52,909 bases of DNA from Octopus bimaculoides (Eukaryota): positions 36,341,773 through 36,394,681 of the forward strand of contig NC_068995.1 in assembly GCF_001194135.2 (NCBI RefSeq). Direction: 5' to 3'. A program made the position numbers and the translations under genes. Each line of letters starts with the position of its first letter. Within the stretch, counting starts at the first letter, position 1. The notes under the pieces were generated by a model that had not been told where the DNA came from, ran no database searches, and was given only the letters and a program-made list of their open reading frames with translations. Shown here in pieces: positions 1 through 12,303 of this stretch.

Positions 1-114
<114 letters not shown>

Positions 115-330
115 CCTTTTGTACTATAGGCACAAGGCCATAAATTTTGGGGATGGGGGTTAATCAATTACATTGACCCCAATGCATAAATGGTGCTTAT
201 TTCATTGAACCTGAAAGGAGAAAGATATAGGCAACTTTGGTGGAATTTGAACTCAAAATGTAAATATAGATGAAATGTTGCAAAGCATTTTGTCTGATAT
301 GCTAAGAATTCTGCCAGTTCACTGCTTTAA
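115..330 (-). mobile_element. tRNA-derived SINE, family A (GAGCTGGCAGAA head, CCTTTCATCCTTTC...GGGGTC core), old copy
   Basis: Reverse complement aligns to the copies at 49415-50040 and 40190-40400; B-box-like GAGTTCAAATTCC. Confidence 0.75.
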
Positions 331-456
331 AAATAATAATAATAGTAAGACAAACACTTACAACAAAATAAAACATTAGTTTGACAAAGTTATGTTAATA
401 TATGAACACAAGTTAGTCTTCACCAGGAAGATTTAACTCCTTCCCACAAACAGACA

Positions 457-975
457 AAGTGGCTGAGTTCCTTTCAAGTGTTGGGCCTCATGGAGGCAAA
501 GTGGCTGAGCTCCTGGGCCTCATGGAGGCAGAGTGGCTGAGTTCCTTTCGAGTGCTGGGCCTCATGGAGGCAAGGTGGCCGAGCTCCTGGGCTTCATGGA
601 GGGAGAGTGGCTGAGTTCCTTTCGAGCGCTGGGCCTCATGGAGGCAAGGTGGTTGAGTTCCTTTCGAGCATTGGGCCTCAAGGAGGAATGACCAATACCT
701 TTGGCCATTATGTCATGCTTGAGAAGAAGACCTATGAAGCTGAGCAAAATCTCAGTCAGGGCAAATACCAGTGTCTTGCAAATGGCACCCATGCTGGTGG
801 CATGTAAAAGCACCCATTACACTCTCAGAGTGGTTGGCATTAGGAAGGGCGTCCAGCTGTAGAAAACCATGCCAAATCAGACTGGAGTCTGATGTAGCCT
901 TCCAGTGTGCCAGCCTGGTCAAACCGTCCAACCCATGCCAGCATGGACAACGGACATTAAATGACGATGATGATC
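457..975 (+). mobile_element. RTE LINE 3' end with an internal 42/32-bp tandem array and (GAT)n tail
   Basis: Array at 457-686, then the shared tail AAAAGCACCC...GGCATTAGGAAGGGC...AACCCATGC...GATGATGAT; a related inverted copy lies at 37021-37352. Confidence 0.75.
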
Positions 976-1202
976 AGGACGTGATTTTTCTAAGCAGTTC
1001 AGAGTAATGCAGGAGATTGTATTACTTGACAACAAATTTCCAAAGCTGTGATATTTAATCTATAAAGTCACTGTGAGTCAAAAAATGTAAATTGAAATTT
1101 CATATGATAAATCCTCGTTCAGTTTCAATGACATTTGGTTGTAGTTTTTGTTGTTGTTGGGTTGGGTTGCTTCTGGTAAAGTATTTTACCTAATATTTTT
1201 TA

Positions 1203-1350
1203 GGGAAGACATAGCTGTACAGTTAAGAAGAAGTTTGCTTCACAAACCATGAAGTTCCAGCTTCTGTCCTGCTGCACAGAATCTTCAACTACAGCCCCTG
1301 GCTAAGCGAAACCCTGTGAATGGATTTGGTAGACAGAAACTGAAAAAATA
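1203..1350 (+). mobile_element. tRNA-derived SINE, family B (OK-like), 5' part, followed by (GT)n
   Basis: Matches 33237-33402 (GGATTTGGTAGACAGAAACTGAAA); TG microsatellite to about 1490. Confidence 0.65.
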
Positions 1351-1616
1351 GCCTGTCATATATGTGTGTGTGAGAGAGAGAGTGTGTGTGTGTGTGTGTG
1401 AGTGTGTATGTGTAAGTGTGTGTGTGTGTGTGTGTAAGTGGGGGTGAGTGTGTGGGGGGAGGGGGGAGAGTGGATGTGTGTGTGATTGTGTATATCGTTA
1501 TCTCCATGTCATGATAACACACTTTAGTTATAAATAAGCCTCAGTCATGTAACAAGTGGTGTTTGTTTCCAATATTTTTATGAAAGCATGTCTAGCCATG
1601 TGGAAATAAAATAATA

Positions 1617-1830
1617 GTTTCAAATTTTGGCACAAGGTCAGCAATTTTGGGGGAAGGGTTAAGTCAATTACATTGACCCCAGTGCTTAACTGATACTTAT
1701 TTCAGCAACCCTGAAAGGATGAAAGGCAAAGTTGATCCCGGCAGAATTTGAACTCAGAACGCAAAGATGGATGAAATGTCACTAAGCATTGTGCCTGGCA
1801 TGCTAACGATTCTGTCAGTTAGCCATCTTT
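1617..1830 (-). mobile_element. SINE family A
   Basis: Plus strand CCCTGAAAGGATGAAAGGCAAAGTTGA and GAATTTGAACTCAGAAC are the reverse of the family core and B box. Confidence 0.8.
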
Positions 1831-2009
1831 GGAGAAATAAAATAATATCTTGCTAAGAAACAGATAACAGTCGGTGACAGGGAGGGCACCAGGTCTCAGA
1901 AAATCTACTGCAAAGAATTCCATTTAACCCATGCAAGCATGGGTAAGTAGGTGTTAAAACAAAGACAATGATGATGATAGTGATGACAAAAATTTTGATG
2001 ATATGTGCT

Positions 2010-2200
2010 GCTTGATTATTGACAGCCAGTGTTGGTTTGTTTACATCTCTGTAAATTAGTAGTTCATCAAAAAGAGAGTGATAGAATAAATACCAGACTT
2101 CAAAGTATGTGCTGGAGTTTGATATGAAAGAAACTCTTCAAGACAGTATCCCAACATGGCAATGGTCCAATGAATGAAGCAAGTAAAAGAATAAGAGAAT
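2010..2200 (+). mobile_element. SINE family B, 3' remnant
   Basis: CCAGTGTTGGTTTGTTTACATC...CCAACATGGC...GAAGCAAGTAAAAGA matches the 3' half of 33589-33733. Confidence 0.55.
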
Positions 2201-2434
2201 AAATGTTGTTACTGTCTGTGTTTATTTACCAATGGTATGTTGTTCATGCCGTTGCTATCGTTGTCGTTGTTGCTGTTCACATCTAGGTCTTCCCTGATCA
2301 GGAGGATCTGTGATGAAAAGCTTTCCAGTCTATACACCTATATATGCATACATAGGTGTGTATATATGTATATTTATATCTGTTTGTGTACGTGTGTGTA
2401 TACACACACACACACACATATACATGAGCACAGG

Positions 2435-2612
2435 TGTTGGTATCACATAAAAAGCACCCGTATACTCTGTAGAATGGTTAACATTAGGAAGGGCATCCAG
2501 CTGTAGAAATCATGCCAGAACAGACAAAGGAGCCTGGTGCAGTCCCCAGCCTCACCAGCTCTGGTCAAACCATCCAACCCATTCCAGCATGGAAAAGATA
2601 ATGATGATGATG
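2435..2612 (+). mobile_element. RTE 3' tail
   Basis: AAAAGCACCC...CATTAGGAAGGGCATCCAGCTGTAGAAA...(GAT)n. Confidence 0.75.
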
Positions 2613-2919
2613 ACACACGCACACACATAATCTCCGTCTATAACAGTCTGCTACTCTCCATTCACCTTCACCCTATAACTGCCATTTTGAACTTCTTTCC
2701 AGCTACTCCCACCCTTATATAATGTGGGGAAACAATGTATGTCCCTATAGCAAGACACATGTTCTTGCCTTTCCCTCGTAGTTTACATCCCCCTACCTTC
2801 CCCTAACAGCTGACTTAAAGTTAACTATCTTGCTCTCAATCAAATAATCAATGGAGCTTTATCTTTTTCTTGTCTGTTTCCTGTCTTGCAAGTTACGTGG
2901 TGACCTCAACAGTGCCTGA

Positions 2920-3118
2920 GGCACACAAAAAGCAGCCAGTGCACACTGTAAAGTGGCTGGCATTAAGACACCATCCAGCCGTAAAAACCAAGCCAAAGCT
3001 GATATTTCAGCTTGGCATAGCTCTGCAGCTTGCCAGATCCTGTCAAATTCTCCAACCCATGTCACATGTCAGCATGGAAAACGGATGTTAAATGGTGATG
3101 GTGATGGTGATGATGATA
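2920..3118 (+). mobile_element. RTE 3' tail
   Basis: Degenerate copy of the same tail ending GGATGTTAAATGGTGATGGTGAT. Confidence 0.7.
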
Positions 3119-4009
3119 ATATGTATATGCATATATCCATATTTATATTGGAAAAAAATGAATAGAAGTGGCTTTTCTGGTAATTTTTCTCCTTCAAGTT
3201 TATAAGTTTACAAATGGTGATTCAAATATANNNNNNNNNNNNNNNNNNNNNNNNNNNNNNNNNNNNNNNNNNNNNNNNNNNNNNNNNNNNNNNNNNNNNN
3301 NNNNNNNNNNNNNNNNNNNNNNNNNNNNNNNNNNNNNNNNNNNNNNNNNNNNNNNNNNNNNNNNNNNNNNNNNNNNNNNNNNNNNNNNNNNNNNNNNNNN
3401 NNNNNNNNNNNNNNNNNNNNNNNNNNNNNNNNNNNNNNNNNNNNNNNNNNNNNNNNNNNNNNNNNNNNNNNNNNNNNNNNNNNNNNNNNNNNNNNNNNNN
3501 NNNNNNNNNNNNNNNNNNNNNNNNNNNNNNNNNNNNNNNNNNNNNNNNNNNNNNNNNNNNNNNNNNNNNNNNNNNNNNNNNNNNNNNNNNNNNNNNNNNN
3601 NNNNNNNNNNNNNNNNNNNNNNNNNNNNNNNNNNNNNNNNNNNNNNNNNNNNNNNNNNNNNNNNNNNNNNNNNNNNNNNNNNNNNNNNNNNNNNNNNNNN
3701 NNNNNNNNNNNNNNNNNNNNNNNNNNNNNNNNNNNNNNNNNNNNNNNNNNNNNNNNNNNNNNNNNNNNNNNNNNNNNNNNNNNNNNNNNNNNNNNNNNNN
3801 NNNNNNNNNNNNNNNNNNNNNNNNNNNNNNNNNNNNNNNNNNNNNNNNNNNNNNNNNNNNNNNNNNNNNNNNNNNNNNNNNNNNNNNNNNNNNNNNNNNN
3901 NNNNNNNNNNNNCATGCAACTCCATTTCATTGAACAATTGTTCAATTAAATGGAGTTGCATGAAACGATCGTACTGCATTACCTCTGGATATCCTTGTTG
4001 CTTATTCTG

Positions 4010-4043
<34 letters not shown>

Positions 4044-4902
4044 GTGTGTGTATACATCCCCTTAACTCCTATGTTATGTATGCTCTCACAATACCAACTA
4101 GTCTCTATCTACTCTCATGTATTTACTACTCTGTCTTTCCCCTACCCTGTTCTGTACTCTTTGAAGGCCTTCCACTCATATCTACCTCACTTTCTCTTCA
4201 AAGATGGAATTAGTAATTTCTGTCATCTTTCGCCATAGATTTTCCTTGATACTTCAACAATGGAACTGCTAATTGATATTATCTTTTATTAAAGATTTCC
4301 TTAATTCTTTGATCATGAAACTACCAACCACTATTACCTTTTTACTTTGGGCACTTCTTAGTTCTTCAATGAACTGGTAACTACAAATATCTTTGATTAA
4401 GGATATTCTTTATTTCTCTTTCTCTCTCTCGAATGATGGAATATTTGAAATCTCTACTCAGTAACATATGCTCCATATGCTTTCTGGTTCTAGAAACAGC
4501 TGTAAGAGACTATGTATTTACTATAACTACTCTGTACAATCTTTAGATTAGAAATTAAATGCTTTAAAGTGATACAACAGGTTTTGCTTGTTTATCTTTC
4601 TTCCTAATATATATGTATATATGTATATATATATATGTACATATATACATAAATATATATACACATGCGTGTAAACACACACACACACACACATGGAAGT
4701 CAGTTCATTAATGATTACAACTACATACTTGTTAATTAATGTGGAGACTAGATGATGAAATTGCAATTTTTACCACATTTATTGCACAGTTGCCATTTTT
4801 CTGCTTAGATTTATTTTATGCTTCTAAGAATTGATTTTTTTTGTACATAAAAGTATTAATTAATAAGTCATTACCAATGAAGGCACAGCATGTAAATTTG
4901 TT

Positions 4903-6228
4903 GGTCAATATAAAGATCTTCACCCGTGAACAAAGAAAAATAATAAACCAGCCTGCTGGGTGCTAACAAGTTTGTAGAAAACGAACATGAAAAAAATTTT
5001 TTGCACTAACGACCCTATTGGGGGGGGGGGGAAGAGGACTTTCGGAAAATTCACAAGATCCGATTTTCCCGTCATAACTTTCGGTAAAATGGATATATAT
5101 TGATTTTTTTTTTTTAACGGAATCCCACGTTTTTGGTTATGGAGGATGCGATTCTGAAAGACAAAATTTCAAAAATCGCATTTTCAAAATTAATTCATGT
5201 GAAATAGACAAAACAACTGTCCATTTTCACTTTTGGACAGCAGGATGGTTGGTGGGGAGGGGATCTTGGGTTGGAGTTTTTCATAAAAAATCTAAAATTA
5301 AAATTTGAATTTGTGTTTATTTTTTCCATATTCTTAATNNNNNNNNNNNNNNNNNNNNNNNNNNNNNNNNNNNNNNNNNNNNNNNNNNNNNNNNNNNNNN
5401 NNNNNNNNNNNNNNNNNNNNNNNNNNNNNNNNNNNNNNNNNNNNNNNNNNNNNNNNNNNNNNNNNNNNNNNNNNNNNNNNNNNNNNNNNNNNNNNNNNNN
5501 NNNNNNNNNNNNNNNNNNNNNNNNNNNNNNNNNNNNNNNNNNNNNNNNNNNNNNNNNNNNNNNNNNNNNNNNNNNNNNNNNNNNNNNNNNNNNNNNNNNN
5601 NNNNNNNNNNNNNNNNNNNNNNNNNNNNNNNNNNNNNNNNNNNNNNNNNNNNNNNNNNNNNNNNNNNNNNNNNNNNNNNNNNNNNNNNNNNNNNNNNNNN
5701 NNNNNNNNNNNNNNNNNNNNNNNNNNNNNNNNNNNNNNNNNNNNNNNNNNNNNNNNNNNNNNNNNNNNNNNNNNNNNNNNNNNNNNNNNNNNNNNNNNNN
5801 NNNNNNNNNNNNNNNNNNNNNNNNNNNNNNNNNNNNNNNNNNNNNNNNNNNNNNNNNNNNNNNNNNNNNNNNNNNNNNNNNNNNNNNNNNNNNNNNNNNN
5901 NNAAATGAACTGGGAGGAGGGTATGCGTTGAGCAGGGGGTTGAAATTTTGAAAATGTGATTTTTGAAATTTTCTTTTTCAGAATTGGATCCTCCATAACC
6001 AAAAACATGGGATTCCATTAAAAAAAAAATATCAATATATATCCATTTTACCGAAAGTTATGACGGAAAAATTGGATCTTGTGAATTTTCTGAAAGTACT
6101 CCCTGCCCAACGGGTCATTAGCGCAAATTCTTTTTTCCATATTCGTTTTCTATATACTTGTTAACACCCAGCAGGCAGGTTTATTATTTTTTTTCTTTTG
6201 TTCACAGGAGAAGATCTTTATATTGACC
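4903..6228. mobile_element. Non-autonomous DNA transposon with about 290-bp TIRs (Merlin- or MULE-like), centre lost in an assembly gap
   Basis: GGTCAATATAAAGATCTT...AAGATCTTTATATTGACC; inverted similarity across 4903-5195 and 5940-6228; 8-bp flanks AATTTGTT/AATTTGTC. Confidence 0.75.
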
Positions 6229-6303
6229 AATTTGTCTAGACACTACAGCTAACTTATAAATTGTGTTTGATTTAAATAGAATGTACAGCATATTTTCTTT
6301 GTA

Positions 6304-6470
6304 CAAGGGGGTGCTGAAAAGTTCCTGGCTTTGGATAAAAGAAAATACAGGAGAATCAGTTAATTATGATTTTATTCAACATATTCCTCTCTCAGATTCA
6401 CATTTATTGCAGTGGTCCTTCAGGTTTTCTAAGCCCTGTAAAAAAATTTGGAAGTTTGGGCCTCCATTGA
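6304..6470 (+). mobile_element. mariner 5' end remnant
   Basis: TA|CAAGGGGGTGCTGAAAAGTTCCTGGCTTT resembles a typical mariner TIR start; no transposase follows. Confidence 0.55.
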
Positions 6471-7204
6471 TGACAAGTTTGCTCTATCAGGGTTGATTTT
6501 AGGCTAAATAACAACAAAATTATGGTCCTTAGTGAAAATCGTGCTTGTGAAAAGATCAATGGGGTGGGTGGGAGTGAAATTTCCGAGGCTTCCACCTCAC
6601 CCCACCCCATTTTTCAAACCCCAAAAAGGGTTTTGTAGCATATTAGGAGGTCACAGGAATTCATTCAATGGAGAAAAAAAAAAAAAAAAAAATTTCCAAT
6701 GATTCCGAACCAAAACAAAGAATTTGCAGCATATTAGGAGATCAGGATACTTGATTCCACACAAAAAATCCAAGTTTTTGTTTTCTTAGTGAAAATCGTG
6801 CGGGTGTTAATATAGAAGTTTACCTTAATTATGCTTTAATATTTCATAGAGCTCAGTGCAGCATAATTTGCAGCCATATTTGTTATTGGGATATGGTGGA
6901 GCCCTTTGAATAATGCCTCATGTAATTCCAAATTGAATGTTATTGCCAAATTTTTGAAGATAATGAGGTGCTAGTGGCTTTGTGTCAGTGTTTAAACTAG
7001 GATAAATGATTATATAATCTAGCTTTGAAGTCACATGATATGCTGCTTATGTGGGTGAAGATGTTAGTATTGATTATTATCGTACATCTGTAAACTATAT
7101 TATTTATGAAACAGGCACTTCCAAGTGGACAAAAGCTTTCTACTCCCCGTCGCCTAACAATCAAGTTCCTATATTTGGGATACCTTTGATTTTGTATCTA
7201 AAAT

Positions 7205-7930
7205 CAACAACTTTTTTAAGCGCCAAGGCCGTATTGAGAACTGTTTCTTCCTTATATCCCAATATTGACCACAATGAAAGGGTAGAAGCATGCATGGATG
7301 CTTTTGAAAAGCAGTCAAACAAAAGTATTCCATCAAATTTACCCTGTAGATTATTGAGGTTTGTGTTAGAAAGTAACACAATGAAGTTTAGACAAAGATT
7401 TTATCACCAGACAAAGGGTTGCGCCATGGGTACCCCCATGGCAGTTAATTTCGCTAATGTCTTCATGACGAAATTCGAGACAGTTACTGAAGACATTCAA
7501 ATCCCTTCATGGTCATGAACCAATACTCTGGTTGTGGTTCATTGACGACATATTTTTTGTCTGGGAAGGATCACAGGATAGTTTAATGAACTTCTTGCAT
7601 TTCTGTGACTGTTATGCTAGAAACTAGCGTTGAATTTTTGGACACAAAAGTCAAATTTTCTGGAGGCAGAATAGTGACAGAGTTATTTTGCAAGCCAACG
7701 TCATCCCACATATATCTCCACCGCCGCTCCGATCATCCACATCATCTTATTCGGTCAAATCCAAAATCCTAATTTTTGAGGATAAAACGGTTTTGTACTG
7801 ACATAGGGGATTACTGGAAACATGCAAATGCTTTTGTATGTCATTATGTCAAACACGGTTACAATGAATCACAATTAAAGGAAATAGCAAATAAAATAGC
7901 TAAGATTAGCAAAGATAGTCAAACCTACAT
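7205..7930 (+). pseudogene. Penelope-like element reverse transcriptase fragment, disrupted
   Basis: LYPNIDH, GCAMGTPMAVNFANVFM, WFIDDIFFVW (YxDD equivalent), HPHHL and FLRIKRFC in shifting frames with stops. Confidence 0.85.
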
Positions 7931-7959
7931 GCATAATTTTAGCAAACACAATACAATGT

Positions 7960-8246
7960 CAGGTATGCACACTGACATTACTCATCCATCGGAGCATACT
8001 GGCTTCATTCCTTGCAAGCTTACGCATGTCTTCAGTAGTCACGGCCCATGTTTCACTGCCATGTAGCATGACTCATACAGTCTACCTTTTACTCTGAGTG
8101 AGAGGCCCTTTGTCACCAGCAGAGGTAAGAGCTCTCTGAACTTTGCCCAGGCTATTCTTATTCTAGCAGCTACACTTTCAGTGCACCCACCCCCACTACT
8201 GACTTGGTCACCTAGGTAACGGAAGCTATCAACTACTTCTAGTTTT
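7960..8246 (-). mobile_element. RTE LINE RT C-terminal fragment
   Basis: Minus strand reads KLEVVDSFRYLGDQVSSGGGCTESVAARIRIAWAKFRELLPLLVTKGLSLRVKGRLY, then after a frameshift LHGSETWAVT...ASMLRWM. Confidence 0.9.
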
Positions 8247-9063
8247 AGTTTGTATTGAAAGGAATTCTTTGGGGTTTGGATAATTCACCTTTGGAAACAT
8301 GGGTGTTTCATTCAACATGCTTAAACAACCCTTATTCAGGGACCTTTTGAGTAGGATGGGCTACTCAACCTGAAGAAAATTCTAACTGAGTCCCACTTGC
8401 AATGTCATGCACTGTTTATCTTGATATGAGATCACCATGTCATGCACATATGGTTGTGATGCATGTGCCTGGTGTATCCTTATCAGATGGGTAGTCATGA
8501 TTGGTATACTGGGCTGTGTATATTTTACCCCAGTGTCACTTTGATGGCATGCACTACTCTCTCATTCAGTAATAATAATAATAATAAAATGAACTAAATA
8601 AAAAAATACTGTTACAATTGATAATAATGATAGTAATATCAGTGTGACCCCAGGAAGAATAGTAATGATAACATTGCAAACGACCGTGCGGAAGGAGAGG
8701 TGACAAGAATGTATCCGTTAGTACATCACATGGTCGATACAAATAAAATATGAAAAGGGATAAATGTAAGTGCCAGAAGGAAAAGACAGACACAGCTGGA
8801 AAAATTTTGATATGTCAACTTGTGTGTCTGTGTGTGCGACATATAAACATAATAACAGACAGGCCATCATGTATACAAAGTGTGTGTACAAACATGGATG
8901 TATGCGTGTGCGATAAGTACAGAGCATAGAAAGAGTCTATAATAACGTTAGAAGAATGTTTAGACACAAGGATGATGAATACTAGTTCATAGTCAAGGTA
9001 CACAGTAGCTGAAGTGCTGTATCTAGAAGTTGAGGCTGCAATGCAGAGCTGGGGAGAGGCACA

Positions 9064-9615
9064 TGTTGTATAAGAAGTTGTGGCTACGATGCAGAGCCGG
9101 TCTCTTGTTACAGAAGGTTGTATTTGCTGTTGACCATTGTGAAGTATTTCACAAACAGTGTTAAGATAGAACCTGCGCGAGTGTTGGTGGTTGTTGTGTA
9201 CGTAGCAAGAAGTTGTTGACGTTAAGAAGATAGAGGTAACAAAGATGGAGATTAACGTATGCTGTTGCCGAGTGTTGTGTCGTCGTTGGAACTGGCTGTG
9301 CTCTGTGATCAGTGGCTAGACCTCAAAAAGTCTGAGAGAGTGTGAAGCTAGAGTTTTATAGCGTACTGCCGGCTCACTATAAGTTTAGAAAAGACTGTCT
9401 CACGTGATCTTATCAGAAGGCTGCGATTGGTTGGGTTGCATCTTGGCGCGCAATAGAGCAGGTGACAAATTGCGCTAATACCAACCAATCAGAGTAGTGG
9501 ACATAACAGGGTCCAAAGGTGCGGCCGAAGACTAGCTGTTATTTACTACGTCCGTATTTATGTATATATAACAGAGAGAGAGAGAGAGACTTTCCCTAAG
9601 TCGCTCGCTACAACA
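9064..9615 (-). mobile_element. LTR-like segment (candidate solo LTR)
   Basis: Ends TGTTGTA...TACAACA (7-bp inverted termini); minus-strand CCAAT (9425-9430) and TATAAAA (9354-9360); no TSD or PBS found. Confidence 0.4.
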
Positions 9616-11430
9616 CCAATAAAGTGATAATAATGAAAGTTAGAAATCTGAATCATAAGCCTGATTATAATTACATTGATCCCTAGTAAATCTTTGTTAA
9701 TCACCCAATGAGAGCAGCCTGCGTGACAACGATAATATTGATATAGAATTAAATTACCTACGAGGCTGGTGACCCGTGGAAGCGAGGTCTGGAGAAAAGG
9801 GGTAGGGGAATGGTCCGCAGAAGATCAAGGTTGAGTTCCAAAGGAGTAAGATAGAAAAAAAAAACAATAAAAAGGTAAAGTTAAGTGTAACTCAGCAACA
9901 GTAATCCCAAGATAAAGAAAAAAAAACCCACTGAATCAATTTGGCTCTTCAACTTATTCGTTTAAAAAATTTGCTGATGTACCCATTTCCCCTCTTCAAC
10001 TCATCCCAAGTGCCTTAGAAATTGGCAGATAACCTGTCATTAGGAAAGGTTTTTTCTCCTTTCATCTTTATATCATCCTTGGCATTTAATACTTGTGTAG
10101 TTTAACCTGACTTAAAAAGATGTGAGATCGTTTAAAAGTATCAAATTGACTTTTCATAAGAAATTAAAGTTTTGTTTTTGTTCCTAATAATCATCCTAGC
10201 GTACAAGAATAAATCAAAACGCAAACGAGTTTGTTATTTACCAAAAAAGGACTATATTATGACAGTAACTATAATAATATTAACTTGAAATTCACTGGAC
10301 ACCTACTTTTATATTATTCCTCTATCATAAACACATCAGATATTTTTTATAACCATATAAGATCTTCCTTGATATAAAACAGAAATTGATGTTTTCAGTA
10401 ATGTTATTGTTACACACACACACAAAAAGTAGCTTATATTTCTAACTTGATTTGATAACATTTAGTTAGCGAGAGGGAAATCTATAAGCAAGCAACAATT
10501 ACTTTACACGTGTTCAGTTTAATGTCAATCATTGGATTTTCCCCAAATATATTTTTAGTGTGTCTCAGGGTTAACACTCGTTTTATTTACTCATACTATG
10601 TGACCTGGAAATAGCGATTTTAACATGAATAAAAAGTAAAGAAAAAAATTAGATGCAGAAATATATTTGAGATTTGGGTCCAGATGGACTATATGTAATC
10701 TGAACCTTTCCCCCCTTGTTTTATTTTTTTTTTTTACGGAATCCCACGTTTTAGGCTATGGAGATTCCGATTCTAAAAAAAGATTTTCAAAAATCTCAAN
10801 NNNNNNNNNNNNNNNNNNNNNNNNNNNNNNNNNNNNNNNNNNNNNNNNNNNNNNNNNNNNNNNNNNNNNNNNNNNNNNNNNNNNNNNNNNNNNNNNNNNN
10901 NNNNNNNNNNNNNNNNNNNNNNNNNNNNNNNNNNNNNNNNNNNNNNNNNNNNNNNNNNNNNNNNNNNNNNNNNNNNNNNNNNNNNNNNNNNNNNNNNNNN
11001 NNNNNNNNNNNNNNNNNNNNNNNNNNNNNNNNNNNNNNNNNNNNNNNNNNNNNNNNNNNNNNNNNNNNNNNNNNNNNNNNNNNNNNNNNNNNNNNNNNNN
11101 NNNNNNNNNNNNNNNNNNNNNNNNNNNNNNNNNNNNNNNNNNNNNNNNNNNNNNNNNNNNNNNNNNNNNNNNNNNNNNNNNNNNNNNNNNNNNNNNNNNN
11201 NNNNNNNNNNNNNNNNNNNNNNNNNNNNNNNNNNNNNNNNNNNNNNNNNNNNNNNNNNNNNNNNNNNNNNNNNNNNNNNNNNNNNNNNNNNNNNNNNNNN
11301 NNNNNNNNNNNNNNNNNNNNNNNNNNNNNNNNNNNNNNNNNNNNNGAGCGAAGTAAACCTAGGATCCGAGAAAACTGGTTCTGTTTATGTTTTTTCTTTC
11401 TAAATATTAAAAGAATGTTAGTGAATAATA

Positions 11431-11890
11431 CAGTACGGGACCAATTATCCGGCAAGCTTGGGACCGGAAGTGTCCCGGATTTCTGGATTTTCCGGTTTTC
11501 TGGAGGCAGTCTAAATATATACTTAAAATATAAAATAAACTGTGAAAAGTAAAGAGCTAAATTGTATTTAACAGATTCAAATAAATACACCTCTAAAGCA
11601 GGACCACTTTAAGTTCTTAAAATATATCATAAAAAAGCAAAAAAAAAAAAAGAAAAAAACTTGATTTTATTTCACAGGTACAAATTAATACAATTCTAAA
11701 GCAGAATATGTTTTAATCTTTATCAATCCATTAAAAAAAGTAAGGAACAAAACTATTTTTAACGCACCACATACAAATTAATCAACTTAAAAACGGGGTC
11801 TGTTTACTGAGTCCACTGTACAGCACATTGAACTGCATTGCAAAGTATTCCTGATTTCTGGAAGCCAGATGAAAAAAGCTTCGGTACTGT
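11431..11890. mobile_element. pogo/Tigger-like MITE
   Basis: TA|CAGTACGGGACCAATTATCCGG left end; internal sequence recurs at 33740-34045; right end degenerate. Confidence 0.6.
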
Positions 11891-12199
11891 GCATTGTTTT
11901 GTTTCTACGTGTATTGAATTTACGTTCAAACAAGGGGAGGGTAATCAGAAATAACGAGGATTACTAGTTTAACTGCCACCATAAAAACTAATTTATTTAT
12001 AAATCATCTTAGATGTTGACATGTTGAGAACATAAAAGGTAGAGTAATCTCCCTTGTATTTAAAACATTTAAATTATTCAATGTTTTATTCTCAATGTAG
12101 CTATTTAAAAATTTTATTTTATTTATATTTTATTTCTGAATGATGATATTTAAAAAAAAATCTAATCGAAACTAACCCAATGATTGTACAAACGGTTAA

Positions 12200-12303
12200 C
12201 AATTAAAATGCTGTTCGTTTGACGACCCGTAACTTCTTAGATACCGTTGCCATACGGTAGACTAATATAAGCAAGTCAAACAAATGGAGGATTTATCTGT
12301 GTG
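12200..12303 (+). promoter_or_regulatory. Candidate promoter and first exon (ATG at 12284, donor TG|GTAAGT after 12303)
   Basis: Non-repetitive, CpG-retaining DNA; ACAAATGG start context; consensus donor. No transcript evidence. Confidence 0.35.

Noticed and set aside
457-686. CRISPR-like array
   Set aside because: Units are contiguous with no unique spacers, the context is eukaryotic and there are no cas genes.
562-813. 83-aa and 66-aa ORFs with repeated peptides
   Set aside because: Translations of the tandem array in an RTE end.
2640-4440. Very old LINE fragments on the minus strand (SYRVKVNGE near 2660; KKVIVVGS near 4330)
   Set aside because: Single short motifs, too decayed to call.
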